The notes under the pieces: generated by a model
Databases searched by the model: none
What the model was told of the DNA's origin: nothing
Seen by the model: only the letters and a program-made list of their open reading frames with translations
Translations under genes and position numbers: made by a program
Source of the DNA: Octopus sinensis
Taxonomy: Eukaryota
Length of the DNA: 64,000 bases
Direction: 5' to 3'
Assembly: GCF_006345805.1 (NCBI RefSeq)
Contig: NC_043001.1
Location: 39,990,001-40,054,000 of the forward strand
Part shown: piece by piece, positions 12,230-26,329 of the stretch
Layout of the letters: the number at the start of each line of letters is the position of its first letter
Position numbering within the stretch: position 1 is the first letter of the stretch

Positions 12230-13849
12230 TCTATATTACAGATAATTTTCATCTCTTTACATAATATCAAGGTTTCGTTCATTCTTTTGTTGTCTTACCA
12301 TTACTATTAATATATATATATATATAGTATAAAAATAATAAAATACTAAACATTAAGAAAGGACAACACAAGAAGTAAAGTATTTGGAAATATGATAATA
12401 GTTTAATGTTTCAGGATATATACCCATTAACAAAATTAAGTACACAGATCATATTTCTTTCAATATTTGAAACAATTGTTTTCTCATACCCCACCACACC
12501 ATTTTCCCCATTTCTTGTATGATCTTTTTCAGTAAATGCAATACTATTTTTCTATAGCCTACAGACATGAACTGCATATGTGTGAAAATATTTGAATATT
12601 TTCATGATGAGTTCTTTGATATTAACACTTTTGTTATAACTTTCTTTTAAATACTCTGCTAACGTTTCAATTAATTTTGAAAATAAGGAAAAAATTTAGT
12701 AAATTAATTGTTTTTATTAAACTGTTTTTTTTTAAACATAAATTAACATGAATTTTGATGGAAGGTTTTAATTTAAATCGCTTCAAAACCGGAAGTGTGT
12801 ATCATAGAACAAGGACCAGACTAAGGTTGGTATCAAAAGGGTTAATTGGTAATGTACCAACAACTGTTTGTAGGTATTTCTGCACAGTGGATGCATCTCA
12901 GCTAGTACCAACAAGGCATTTTCCAAATTTGGAAGTTCGTTCTTGCTTTTTCCTTTTATGCAGCCAAAATATCTACTGCAGTTTTCTCCCCAAAATACAT
13001 TTTTAATCATCCCATTATTGTCAATAAAGACTAAGGCATTACTCAAGATTACAGCCATTTCCCCTGGAATAGAGTGCATACTCAAAAATTTAACTCATGC
13101 CTCCTAACAAGGAATGTAATCTTCAATAATGAAAGGAATCATTTTAGTATTTATTTGGTTTGTAGCATTCTTAGAAAATGTCACAAAATTTCCTGGCCTT
13201 TAACAAGTTCCAATTTAGCTATTGATGTTATTGCACTAAACATTACAGCATCATATATTGTCTGAACTAGATGTAACTTTGGTTTAAAATATTTGGAGAC
13301 CGTTTTTTGATAAAAATCAGATATTTTGCACTTCAGGTCGTGAGAAACAGATCTCTTCAGTTTCACTCACAAATTGTTTTTTTTTTAACTGTACAGTTTG
13401 AAACTTCATATACTGGTGTAATTTCTCATGCTGAACACGGTTTACTTTCAACATTTTGAACAAAATTTCGTATTTTAGAAGTTAAAGTTGTCGTATTTGG
13501 GTAATTTTAACCAATCAACGACGTGTATTCAGCTGATAAAAGCTACTGCTCTATGCGATAGTAATTGAAGAGTAACAACTTCCGGGTCATCTCTACTAAC
13601 AGTCCATGAGAAGCTTTCAGCCACAAGAAAGACAATGCCACCTTTATTCTTTCTAGTCAGCACCATGCATTTGTTACTATTTCCCTCTCTACTGGCAGAC
13701 AACAACTTCTGTACTATCAACTACCAACCAGCGAGCGAACTTGTTGTCATTGCAACTACAATTACTGCTGTACACAAAAATAAAATGGAACAGAGTGGTG
13801 ATATTTAGTAGAGGTGACCCAAAAGTTGTTGCTCTTCGATTACTATCAC

Positions 13850-14285
13850 ATTGTGAGAATTTCTTGGTTTGGTGAAATTCTACTGCAGATTTTTACCCCA
13901 CTGGGCAGAGACAGCCCAACACTCACAGATTTGCTGTGACAGCGAACAGGCAAAAATATAAACATTGCCTTGAGTAAAGAACAACTTGCGTCTTTCTCTA
14001 ACTTGAAAAAAGTGTTATCCAATGCCACCAGGCTGGTGTATCCCAAACCAGATGCCCCACTGTATGTACTAGTTGATGCATTCGATTCCGGAGCTAGAGG
14101 TGTGCTCCAACAACTCACTGACAGTATTTGGCAACCTGTGTCCTTCTTTTCCAAGTGCTTAGAACCCATCGAGACTAAGTACTGTACCTTCGGTCAAGAA
14201 TTACTGGCAGTGCATCTTGCTGGCAAGCATTTTCAACACATGCTGGAAGGTTGCGTTTTCTCCATTTATACTGACCATAACGACG
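13850..14285 (+). mobile_element. Ty3/Gypsy RT-RNase H fragment (second family)
   Basis: LVYPKPDAPLYVLVDAFDSGARGVLQQ...FFSKCL...KYCTFGQELLAVHLAGKHFQHMLEG...IYTDH. Confidence 0.88.
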
Positions 14286-14289
14286 TTTA

Positions 14290-14956
14290 ACATTTCAATA
14301 GAAGATCCATTTTTCATCACCAGTCACAAGTCTATCCAAAAAGGGTGAAATGAGTTCGCAAGAATTGAGGAAAGAGCAGATGTCAATTCGGGATTTGCGG
14401 TTGCTTTCGGACAATTCATGAGGCACCCATTTTCCAAGTTTAGGAACCTGTCCAAGTTGTTCAAGATGGCAATGAACAGTTGTATGTTTTGAGCTAAGCT
14501 TTATTGCCAATTCTTCAACTGATAATGCAGGATTTTCTTCAAGTAATACCTCAAGGAGCTTATCATCAAACTCAACTGGACGTCCTGTTCGATCCTCATC
14601 TTCAAGGCTGAAATCTCCACTTCTGAATCTTGCAAACCATCATCTACAAGTTCTTTATTTCAAGCATTCTTTCCCATAAACTGAGTGTATGTTTCAAGTC
14701 GCTTCGGCTACAGAGTTTCCTTTTTTGCACTCATAAAGCATTATGTGCCTCAAATGCTCTTTGGATACTTCCATGTTAGAAAGGGTTTTAATCAAAGAAA
14801 TTTAAATTCTATTATTCTGTAAAATATTTAATTAGTCTAAATGTACACAAATACATAAAAATAATTTTTAATTCCATTAGACATTCTAAATTATATTAAA
14901 TTTCATTCAAATTTAAAAAAGGTAAAATCAGACAGAACTTATGGGAAGACCTGATA
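14290..14956 (-). mobile_element. Mariner element, 5' half with TIR
   Basis: TA plus TIR tcaggtcttcccataagttctgtctg. Translates GKWVPHELS...LDRLVTGDEKWIFY. Same family as 43557-44535. Confidence 0.9.
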
Positions 14957-15494
14957 ACATAAATAATTATGAAAACCGTAAAAAGCCAACAAATTGTTTC
15001 GACTTATATGTATATATTTTCTAATATATATAATCACAGTTCCATTATATATAAAGTCACTTCAGGGTAACATGGCTTTAGAAAAAGACAAAATTTCGTG
15101 TGAAAGGATGGCTGGATTGTAAAAATTAATTCAAATATCTGTGTTATGAGCGTGAGCATTAACTATTTAATCATACATCAACTACAGCTAAAAAGCAACA
15201 AAAGCTCTTTAACGGACGATACAGTTGAGTAAGTGCAATCCACAACCCTCGAAATTCACTTCATTACATCTCATGCACATATCAATTGAAACCCTTTTTG
15301 TGTCCAAGATAATCGCTTGTCATCACAACATACAACAACATATGTGTGTATATAAATGTATATAAATAAGTTTCTAAGTCTTCTCCTATGTATAACTGCA
15401 ACAAAAAATATATAAACAATTACATCTTCAATACAACAACTCTTTTATCTACTTAAATTAGTTGGTATAAAAAAATTATTGTTTAAACTAACTA

Positions 15495-17272
15495 ATAAGC
15501 CCCTGTACCTGGCTTTCGTTGACATGGAGAAAGCTTTCGACAGGGTCCCCCGATCCCTTATCTGGTGGTCAATGAGGAAACTAGGGATAGATGAATGGTT
15601 AGTGAGAGCTGTGCAAGCCATGTACAGGGACGCTGCTAGTAAGGTAAAGGTTGGCTACGAGTACAGTGAAGAATTCCGGGTAGAGGTAGGGGTCTACCAA
15701 GGTTCAGCCCTCAGCCCCCTCCTATTTATCGTAGTCCTCCAGGCAATAACGGAGGAATTCAAGACAGGATGCCCTTGGGAGCTCCTCTATGCTGATGACC
15801 TTGCTCTAATTGCTGAGTCACTATCAGAACTGGAGGAGAAGTTTCAGGTGTGGAAGAAAGGATTAGAATCAAAGGGCCTTAGAGTCAATCTAGCTAAAAC
15901 CAAAGTCCTAATAAGTAGGAAGGTAGACAAATCACAAACGCCTTCAGGTAGATGGCCCTGCTCGATCTGTAGAAAAGGTGTAGGTAGAAACTCTATAAGA
16001 TGCACCAAGTGTAAGCTATGGACACATAAGAGGTGCAGCAATGTCAAAGGAAGGCTAACTAGGAAGATAGTTTTTGTATGTGGCAGATGCTCAGGAACAA
16101 TAAACACTGAAAATTCTCTGAGACCAACTTCTGTCATGTTCCAGGGAGAAAAACTAGAAATAGTTGATAGCTTCCGTTACCTAGGTGACCAAGTCAGCAG
16201 CGGAGGCGGGTGTGCTGAAAGTGTAACTGCTAGAGTAAGAATTGCTTGGGCAAAGTTCAGAGAGCTCTTACCTCTGCTGGTGACAAAAGGCCTCTCAGAG
16301 TAAAAGGCAGACTGTATGACGCGTGTGTACAAACAGCCATGCTACATGGCAGTGAAACATGGGCCGTGACTGCTGAGGATATGCGTAAGCTCGCAAGAAA
16401 TGAAGCCAGTATGCTCCGATGGATGTGTAATGTCAGTGTTCATACTCGACAGAGTGTAAGTACCTTGAGAGAGAAGCTGGACCTAAGAAGCATCAGATGT
16501 GGTGTGCAAGAGAGACATTTGCACTGGTATAGACATGTGGCGAGAATGGATGAAGATACTTGTGTGAAAATGTGCCACACCCTAGCAGTTGAGGGAACCT
16601 GTGGAAGAGACAGACCCAGGAAAACCTGGGACGAGGTGGTGAAGCACGACCTTCGAACTTTAGGTCTCACTGAGGAAATGACTAGAGACCGAGACCTCTG
16701 GAAGTATGCTGTGCGTGAGAAGACCCAGCAGGACAAGTGAGACCATAACCCATGGCCTTCTACATGGGATGTAGCCAGTCCACTTATGCATACCTTCCCT
16801 TCTTGGGACACAAAACTCTACTTGTGAAGACCTGTTGAGGCAAGTGAGAATCAGAATTGAAATCGAACAATGGAAATTGCAGCTGAGTTACCAGTGCTGG
16901 TGGCATGTAAGAGAACCATCCGAACGTTGCCAGCGCCGCCCCGACTGGCCTCGTGCCGGTGGCACGTAAAAATCACCATCCATTCGTGGCCGTTGCCAGT
17001 CTCGCCTGGCCCCCGTGCCGGTGGCACATAAAAAGCACCATGCGATCGTGGCCGTTTGCCAGACTCGTCTGGCACCTGTGCCGGTGGCACGTAAAAAGCA
17101 CCCACTACACTCATGGAGTGGTTGGAGTTATGAAGGGCATCCAGCCGTAGAAACATTACCAGATCAAACTGGGCCTGGTGCAGCCTTCTGGCTTCCCAGA
17201 CCCCAGTTGAACCGTCCAACCCATGCTAGCATGGAAAGCGGACGCTAAACGATGATGATGATGATGATGATG
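15495..17272 (+). mobile_element. 5'-truncated RTE-clade LINE with complete 3' UTR and (GAT)n tail
   Basis: AFVDMEKAFDRV, QGSALSPLLF and LLYADDL motifs, an inserted C/H-rich segment, and one frameshift near 16290. The 3' UTR has internal gccggtggcacgtaaaaagcacc repeats and ends in (gat)n. Confidence 0.93.
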
Positions 17273-17704
17273 ATAAATCCGGAGAAGCACACTCTAAGAT
17301 GTAGAGCAGTATATATTTTTTACTTGGGAAGGTAGGTTTATGGGATTGTCTTGGCTTTCCCGTCCATAAAGGTTTTATGGGTGTTGTGTGGAAGTAGGAC
17401 ACCCCTATTGGTTCGCTCCTAATGGACTGTTCCACAATATAAATGGACATATGCGGATACCATTCAGCAAGGTGTAAAGCTGGGAGTTGCGTATTGTCTA
17501 GGGATATTACCAGTATATTGAGTAGAACGATTTTCAAATAGATTGTTATCATTCCATTATATCCTACGTCGAACGCGCGATAGAACAATGGGATTACCGT
17601 TTTATGCGATATAAAATCAAACACTTTATGGATGGAAAACCCAGGGTAATCCCATAAACTGATCTTCTCCAGTAAGAAATATATACATACATACAAACAT
17701 ACAT

Positions 17705-17757
<53 letters not shown>

Positions 17758-17909
17758 CACACACACACATACACACACACACACACACACTCACACACAC
17801 ATACATACATACATACATACATGGGATTGTGTGAATTTTCCCCAAATCCTCTCCCCACCCCTTTGGGAAAAATTTTACCAACAAATTTCTTTATAATCGT
17901 AATCTATGT

Positions 17910-18055
17910 CGTTTCAATTCCACCGAGGTCGACTTTGCCTTTCATCCTTTTGTGGTCAATAAATTAAGTACCAGTTGCGTATTAGAGTCGATCTAATCGA
18001 CTGGCCCCTTCCCCAAAAATTTCGGGCCTTGTGCCTAGAGTAGACAAGAAGAATC
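17910..18055 (+). mobile_element. Partial tRNA-derived SINE
   Basis: B-box-like gtttcaattcc followed by gaggtcgactttgcctttcatcc...taagtaccag core. Family recognised from memory. Confidence 0.65.
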
Positions 18056-18348
18056 TATTCTGTTTGAAAGGTATTTATATAAAATTTCGTTAAAAGATAT
18101 CTATTTTCCTGAAAGTTATGGGGGGAAAAATCGGATCGTGTGAATTTTCCGAAAGTCCTCTCCCTACGCCCCGGTTCGTTTGCACAAATTTTGGTTTTCA
18201 GATTCAGGTGTAAAAATGTGTAATAAACCAAATTCAGATTTGGTTTACTACACATTTTTACACCTATTACTTTTTTTTTTTTTTCGGTTTTGATGGCCGG
18301 GTGTTAAAGTAAACATTAAGCTGAATCCGTGTGACAGTATAACATTAA

Positions 18349-18748
18349 TCTCTCTATATATAAACGGCAGTTTGTCTGTCTGTGTGTCTGTCAGCTTGTA
18401 CCCTCACCCTGACCACAGCTTTCAATAGATTCTGATGAAACTTGACACACACATAGCCCAATGTCATAATTCAAAACTAACGCATCGAAAATTTTGAAAA
18501 GTTCCCCGAGTTCTGAAAAAAATCGATGAATTCGACATGGGGTCGAGAATCTAAGCTTTTTATATGCAACACATTTTCTGTCGGGAGACAGCTAGGAACA
18601 TCGTATACATAGAAGTATTCGAGTGAAGAGAAGACATTGCAACCTACACATGCGCCTTCGTTCTCTAGAGGGAAAGAACTAGATTGGGATTAGTCGTTGC
18701 CTACTAGGGGCTCTTACATACCCGGGCAACGCCGGGCTATGCTGCTAG
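18349..18748 (+). mobile_element. Non-autonomous Helitron (about 400 bp)
   Basis: A|TC...tatataaa 5' end, subterminal hairpin cccgggcaacgccggg, and CTAG|T 3' end. Confidence 0.85.
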
Positions 18749-19355
18749 TTAATGTATAGATGTGGAGACGAAATGTGTTCGAACGTATGAGATCAACGTA
18801 TATAAAAAAACAGGAAGAAAATTTTTTTACCTTGTACCCACGGGTCTGTGATGATGGTAACATGAGGAGTCCTAATAATACCTATTATAGAGTTTTAAAA
18901 CCAATTTTGAAGTTCTTGGAGGCACTGCCTATTTGCATTTGTTTTAATAAAATTTGCGTATTCTAAAACTATAATACATATGTAAATATGTAATTCCAGC
19001 ACAACTTTGATTCAACATAGTTGTAATTAAATCATCAAAACAATGAGGTGGCTTGCTTGCGACCAGTTTCTATGATTTAAAAAAAGTCTCCACAAATAGT
19101 TTCAATAGTTTTAACAGAAAGCTTTGGAAGAATTAGAAGAAAGTTCTCCAGTAATTTTCTTTCATGTAAACAAATGTTTATGTTAATTTAAGAATTTGCC
19201 AGCAAAATCTTATTAAATGACATCGTTCTAAATGATGTACATGTTTATATTATACATGAAAATAAAACGTTTCATATCGATAGTAATAGAAAGTCGAGGT
19301 GCGTGAAATACCTGTAGCGAGCTGAAATGTGACATGCCATATCACGTCGATATGA

Positions 19356-19954
19356 TGTAGCCCACAACCAAATGTAGCGTGTAGATGTAACGCTTGAAGA
19401 TTCTCGCATCGGAATAACTAGTAAACATCGAAGAATCAACACCAAGAAGGAAGAAATATCATTTAAATATATTTATTCGTTTACCCAAACATGTAGTGAA
19501 AGATACGGCAGTAATTGTAGTGGTAGAGACAAGTTCGCTCGCTGGCTCCTAGTTGAGAGGGAAATAGTAAAGAATGCACGGTGCTAACTAGAAAGGATTA
19601 AGGTAGCATCGTCTTTCTTGGGGCCGAAAGCTTCTCTTCATATGTCGAGCAAAGGGCAAAGGAAAGTGTTGTTCCTTGGTCATAGTTGACGCAAAAAAGG
19701 GTGTTGCTCCTTGGTCTGGCTGACACAAAAGTGCAAGAGATAGGAAATGCTCTCTGTTATATAGACTATGGTCAGTAATGTAGGTCAAACTCTAAACAAG
19801 GGACTGACCTTTCTTTGACCAACACAGGTCCTTGGGAGTCAAGTGTCTCCCCATCAATCATCTTGTATGAAGAGGATTTCCCACTTGTTTTGACAAGCAG
19901 CAAGCGGGTAGATTTGGTTTCAAATCTCAGGCAGGGTTAAGCGAGGTCCCTACA
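19356..19954 (-). mobile_element. Probable solo LTR
   Basis: On the minus strand it starts TGTAGGG, has TATA-like ctatataac then AATAAA, and ends CTACA. No convincing TSD. Confidence 0.45.
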
Positions 19955-20657
19955 TATCCATTACCCGTCCCCCGTCTTCTACATAAGTTTTATAGAAATG
20001 TATATTATCATGTGTGTGTGTGTGTGTGTCTGTCTGTCTGTGTATCACGTGTACGTGTTTACATAAGTTACTATATGTTTTATAGAGAAGCAGCTAAAGA
20101 GACGTAATTAGACTGTAGAAATTTGAAATAAAGCTATACATTCTTGTAATTAAACTTTAGATGAATAATAAACAGTATTTACTTACCCGATAAGAACGAG
20201 TCTTACATTTCGATTATAAGGTGTAAGATTAAACCAAGCCTGTCTAGGACATCAGAATATTTTTTTAGATCCCTCCATACTATATTACCATGCTAAAATG
20301 AAATGTGTCCGCTTACATTACATTAAATGACTTCAGAACCAGGAATTATTTTTTCCGAGGTCTAATCAATTATATAATTAATCTGAAACCATTGCCCACT
20401 CTTCTTCCTGTCTTCTTTTCCCTTTCATTCTACAACATAAAACTGAGAGGACTTCTGAGTGACAGAGAGAGGGAATGGTAGCAATATTTTTTCCCTCTCT
20501 TTCCCCAACTCAGCATTTCAAAGTAAGCCTTCGTTCATTAAGCAACCAACAACGAACCGTTCTTCTTATCATTGACAATTCTGCACTTTGGAAAGGCTTC
20601 TTATGTATACACACGCACGCACACACACGCACGCGCGCACGCACGCACGCACCCGCG

Positions 20658-20708
<51 letters not shown>

Positions 20709-20816
20709 ACACACACACATACACACACACACATACATACATACATACATACATACATACATACATACATACATACATACATACATACCTAGAAAATACC
20801 TGACAAAGTTGACTCC

Positions 20817-22634
20817 AGGGTGACCCAAAAGTTCTGTTACAAAGGTTAAACAATGTATTTTGGCCAAATCTGAACCAATTTACTTGAAAACTTGAACGCT
20901 AGTTTTTAGCATTTTCAGCGATGTTACAGCAAAAAAAATATTCAATAAATCCACCTCATTTCTTTATTACAGCCTTAAGTTTACCAGGTACTGCTTCAAC
21001 AGCTGCTCGCTAGACTTCTAGTGATACTTTATCCCATTCATACTGCAGAGACCTCTTCAAAGCTACTACTGAACGATGAGATTAATCATAGACATTGGTC
21101 TCCAAAATGGACCAGGGAGCTCGTAGATAAAATTAGTTGGGGTGCTGCTTCAGAAAATCTTTAGCTATTGTTTTAATACTGTGTAAAAGGAAACGAGCAT
21201 ATAAAAAGAAAATTTATACATAAACTTGATCAGTTCGCGTTTTAGCCACCGTCGGGTAGTGTGATTAATTTGTTCACTGAACACCGCCACAAAGTACCCC
21301 TTGTTTTTTAAAAATCCCCCCTCAATCACAAAATAAGGAGGTGTAGTGAAGGATCGTACGTAAAGGAGTTAGTGACAGAAATGTCTCCTTTTAAACGCCG
21401 CATGGTTGCCCTTACAAAAGAAGAAACCAAATACATGGTATAAAATAATATGAGTGCCAGTAAATAATAAGAACAACACAACCGTTCAACTGTTTGAGAG
21501 AAAGAAAGACTTTATTTACAGATGTGTACAATAAGAGCTTATATGGGTGCTAGCAGAGTGGAGTGTCTGAGTACGTGCGACAAGTGTGTCTGTGTTTCCT
21601 TTGTAAGTACAACAATGGTGCGTGCAGCTAGTGTTAGTGTCTATGTGTTCGTGTGTGTTATAAGAATGAACATAAAGAACAAGATAGAAAACAAATAGAA
21701 ATGTCCAGACATAAGTTGGAGATAAATACCAGTTCGTACAGGTACACAATAGCAGTTCGTTCTGTGTCAATGAAGTTGAGGAAAAGAGGAGAGCAGTTAC
21801 TACGCATGTAGAAGTTGGGGTTTCGATCCATTTGCCAGGTGACATTGGTACAGATCTCGTAGGTAGTGCTGGACTGTTAACCTTGGTGAATATACACTAA
21901 CAGCGTGTAAGCTAAATTTGAGCGAGTTGCTGTGTACGTATCGGCGTTGCTGGAGACGACGTGAAGTTGAAGGGCGACGATAAGCTAAGGCGTCGGTGGT
22001 GATGACGGCGTCAAAGTGAAGTCGACGATGGTGATGGTGACGGCAGAGAAGGGCGACAGTAGAGAAAGGTCCTGAGTTGCTGTATCTTGGTGTCGTCGCT
22101 GGCTATTGCAGGAACATGACTGGGTCGCTGGAACTGGCTGGTCTGGCATGGTCAATGGTCAGAGACTAAAGACGTCGATTCACTGGATCGCTAGGTTTTT
22201 ATAACATTCTAAAGGCTCCAGAAGAAAACCCAAAAGACTGTGTCACATGATCTTATTGGAAGGTTCTGATTGGTTAGTTTATGCATTGGCGCAAAATAAG
22301 TTGAGAGACAAACTACGCCAATGCCAACCAATCAGAGTAGTGGTCACAACAGGATCCAAATAGCGGCCAAAAGTCAACTGTTATCTGCTATGACATTATT
22401 TGTACGATCTCTCTCAAACAGTAAGGATATCACCGAGCTACGCTACAGGGGGAAATCTGCCCTATTTTTCAAATCCTGGCAGCCACAGTGTATCTGGAAG
22501 CAGGATAATAGTCTAATTCTACACTTTATCACATTCAAAAATATAAACACGGTTTTAAGCACAACACACACAGAGTGAAAAAGATACATTAACTTTCACC
22601 AGCACACCAGGGTCGGCACTGCGTGAACCACAGT

Positions 22635-22716
<82 letters not shown>

Positions 22717-23975
22717 CCTAGTGTGCAGCTTCCTATCTCGGACATGTGAGTATGCACACTACAGCCAAACACTGCATCGCTGGAACTGTGAAATGCACAG
22801 TTCTATACAAGGATTTTTGTATCTGTTTCCTAAACTAGGGGATAGCTTCTGACATTAAGCTTAAGGATTATATAATGTACAAGTGTAAAGAAAGGATTAA
22901 AGAAAAAAGGACACATTATGTTGAATGATATCGATAATATTGAGTGGAAATAGGGGATGCTGCAGTTCCGCAGTGCCTATACATGAGCTGCCACTGCTAA
23001 TGTCAATTAGCTTGCGGTCTGAGCTTGAGGGAAGCCATTCTTCCTTGGACAAGAAATCTGGGACATTAATGCTAAGCCACCTCTAAGTCCTGTTGGCAGT
23101 GTAGGCAGGTGCTCCATCATGCTGGAAGAGAAAGAGGTCACCTATGAACAATTCTTGGCTCAGATGTTTCATCACAGGTCCAAGAATGAGTTCTTCATAG
23201 ATTGCAGCCCTAATTTTGACTCCTTCGTGAACAAAAACAAGAGGAGTTTTCCCCGCTGAAGACACTCCAGTCCAAACCATCACAGATAAGGGGTTTTGAG
23301 TGCGGTGGATATTCCTGACATCCTCTGGACATAACTGAGAATTTTCTGCAAAGACCCTATCGGTTTGGCTGTTGTAAGCTTCTTCAACAGTGAACAAACT
23401 CTTGTCTGTGAAGAGCACATTGTCCAAGCTGTGAGTATCAAGCTGCTCAAGCAATACACAACTTCTTGTGAGTCTCTTTCCCTTTCAAGCAGTTGATAGG
23501 CTATGAACATTCCAGTGTTTCAATGAAGCAAGTTCCAAATTGCTTTTGACGACTCTCCTCAAAGATTCTTTTGAAACACCCAGTTCAGCAGCCATCTTTC
23601 TCATAGAACACCTTGGATTTCTGTGAACTCTCGAACTGATGATTTTCTGAGCCTGGAAGTCCTAACTGACCTGGGGTGTCCTGCTCTCACTCAATCTTGA
23701 ACTCTAGTGTTTTTGAATCAATTGATAGTTTGATAGATGAACATTTTCTTTGTTTTCAGGCTATTGAGAAGATTCAAAATTTCTGATGGCAACTTGCCAA
23801 CTTGATGTAGCTCAACTACAGCAGATCGTTCACTTTCTATTCAAATTTTGGACAAAAATATATCTCTGAAAGAAGACAAAACATCTTTAAAACGATATAA
23901 AATAATAATAAAATTGCCACTTTTTTATGTTAAACTAAGAACTTCAATATATGTAACAACTTTTGGGTCACCCTG
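20817..23975 (-). mobile_element. maT (DD37D) Tc1/mariner element split by a nested insertion of about 1.9 kb
   Basis: TIRs cagggtgacccaaaagtt at both ends. Transposase VLFTDKS...FQHDGAPA...SD-x4-D (37-residue spacing, counted) ends near 23000 and resumes WSILETNVY...LKRSLQYEWDKV...GGFIE at 21115-20940. Confidence 0.85.
21342..22580 (-). mobile_element. Long solo-LTR-like sequence nested within the maT element
   Basis: On the minus strand: CCAAT boxes, ttataaaa, AATAAA near 21510, and a terminal CA. No coding capacity. Confidence 0.45.
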
Positions 23976-24039
23976 TATATTGAGACTGATGGGCCAAAAG
24001 AATATCAGTGGAACTTTAAAGTTTAAACAGCTACAAAGT

Positions 24040-24360
24040 TAAAACACAACCACTCAGATATTGTTGTGTGAGATCTCATGGAGAAGATATGCACTGTTGT
24101 GGGAATCAGCTGCCCTCTGGACACCAATGTGGTTTGTAAAATACAAGAGAAAGAGGACATTTATGGACTATTATCACGCAAGATATACTTTTAGCTTCAT
24201 ACTTACTATTATTGGGGCAGCAGAATACATACCAACCCACCTGGGGCAATGTATGGCTGAACTTGAGATTTTGTGGAGATTAATTCATACTCTACAAATG
24301 ATCACGATATCAAGGGCTATAAAAACTTGTTTGACCTCCTTAAGATTTAAACGATAATGA
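24040..24360 (+). mobile_element. REL-type non-LTR element C-terminal remnant
   Basis: SDIVV*DLMEKICTVVGISCPLDTNV...EKEDIYG. Confidence 0.65.
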
Positions 24361-24924
24361 TTAAGACAAGATGTTTTCCTTCACAACCTTACTACCAAAT
24401 AGTTGGCTATTTAAAAATTTACTTGGCATTAAAAAGAGAAAGAGAAGAACATGCATACATACATATGAAACACAGATGGTTCTTCGTTTTTCAAACCTTA
24501 GCTTAAATGTTTTTGCTAACTTCTTTCCTTTGTTCTGACGAAATGCACCTCAGACATTTACAAGTCATCTGTTAACTTCTTGGCTAATGGTCTACCTTTT
24601 GTTACTCGTGACTGTCAACGACTTAACACATCTTTCATTCTCTGTATTCGATACCCCAGAAAGGTATATTTTTTTTACTCTTTCTTCTTTGCTTTCTTCC
24701 TTCGGCAACATAGCTGTAACTTACAAATGATCACAGCAACTTACACAGAACTTCTACTAATCTTTATACAACAATTGAAGCACTTGTTCCACATCGTGAT
24801 GGTAAATAAAGGCCATTTTAACTGTTATTTCTCATCGTTTATACCAATCAGCAATGTATCTATAACACAGCATCCATTACATTTCTGGTAATCTCCGATA
24901 CTTCTAACCAATATACAAAACCAT

Positions 24925-24973
24925 TACACATACATACATTCATGTATGCATGCATACATTCATACATATATAA

Positions 24974-25004
<31 letters not shown>

Positions 25005-25180
25005 CATACATACATACATACATACATTCATACATACATACATACATACACACACACACATACATGCATACATACATACATACATACATACATACATACA
25101 TACATACATACATACATACATACATGCATAGTATGTTTGCATGTATGTATGTATGTATGTATGTATGTATGTATGTATGT
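24925..25180. repeat. (ATAC)n/(GTAT)n microsatellite with strand switch
   Basis: Visible. Confidence 0.95.
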
Positions 25181-25759
25181 GATGTCACTTGAGAGCATTA
25201 CTGGTATACCTAGTTATCTGATTCGGTTATTGGCAACAAAATTGGCAACCCCGTCAAGCTTACTTGGTAAGGAGCATGGTTTTGAACATCAAAAGACTAT
25301 GAATTCAGACAAGTCAATTGCTATTCAATAATGTGGTGTGCTAGGAGATAGAAGTACTTGTGATGACGAATGAGCATGCCAGAAGTCTATCTTGGAGTGA
25401 AGGCTCTCTAGAACATGTGTCTAAGAGAAAAATATTCTGATGATCTTTCAGCTTCTGATTGTTTCAATCATTGCTGGGCTACTGGGAAGGAACTGTACTG
25501 TCTAAAAAAATTAAGTGCAGTTTTTTTAACACTTCAATCACTATAATCAATTTCATGTACTGAAACTTCATGGAAAACACTATGGTTCTCTCACTAAGTC
25601 CCGTGATAACCAACTAGCAGTATGTAATTGGAAACCTACATGATATAGGCAACTAGGGATATTGGTTGTTTATTGTATGTGTGTGTGTGTGTGTGTGCAT
25701 ACCCTGCATGTATGTATGCGTGTTCTTTTTCTTTTTTTTTTTGATTTTAGAATAAGTTT

Positions 25760-26165
25760 TGACTGGCCACCTATTTGGTAGTGGGGTTGTGAACGAAAAC
25801 ATCTTTTAATTATCATCCTTTAAATCTTAAGAAGGTATCGCATATTTTTATAGTCCCAGATATCATGATTAATTGTATCATATGAATTAAGGATTTGCAT
25901 TCTCCATACAAAGATTCCAAGTTCATCTATACTTTGCTTCAGATGGATTGGTATGTATCCTGTTGTTCTGATCATAATATGTATAAAGCTGAAGTGTATC
26001 TTGGGTATTGGATTTTTGAATTCCTTATCAATAGTCCATAGATGTCCACTTTCTCTTGTATTTTACTTGCCACATTTGTGCCCAAAGGACAGCTAATTTC
26101 GAAAACAGCATATTTTTTCTTTGTCATCTCACACAATAATATCTGGATGGTTGTGTTTTAACTTA
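25760..26165 (-). mobile_element. REL-type non-LTR element C-terminal remnant
   Basis: HPDIIV*DDKEKIC...VDIYGLLIRN...GYIPIHLKQSIDELG. Confidence 0.6.
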
Positions 26166-26329
26166 GTGGGTGTTTTAATTTTTGTATTTATGTATGTATG
26201 CATGTATGCAGGTAGGTAGGTGGGAATATATGCTTATATGTATTACAAGTTGGCAACACTAAGTAGTGATGTGTATAAATACAAGGTTATTACCAATTTA
26301 AATATGCTTGGGGCCTCTTTGAACCTGTA

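Noticed and set aside
12783-13085. 100-aa ORF with FIDNNGMIKNVFWG, recalling MULE/FAR1 transposases
   Set aside because: The similarity stops after about 15 residues, the expected FDTTY-type motif is absent, and there is no convincing splice pair. It remains unassigned.
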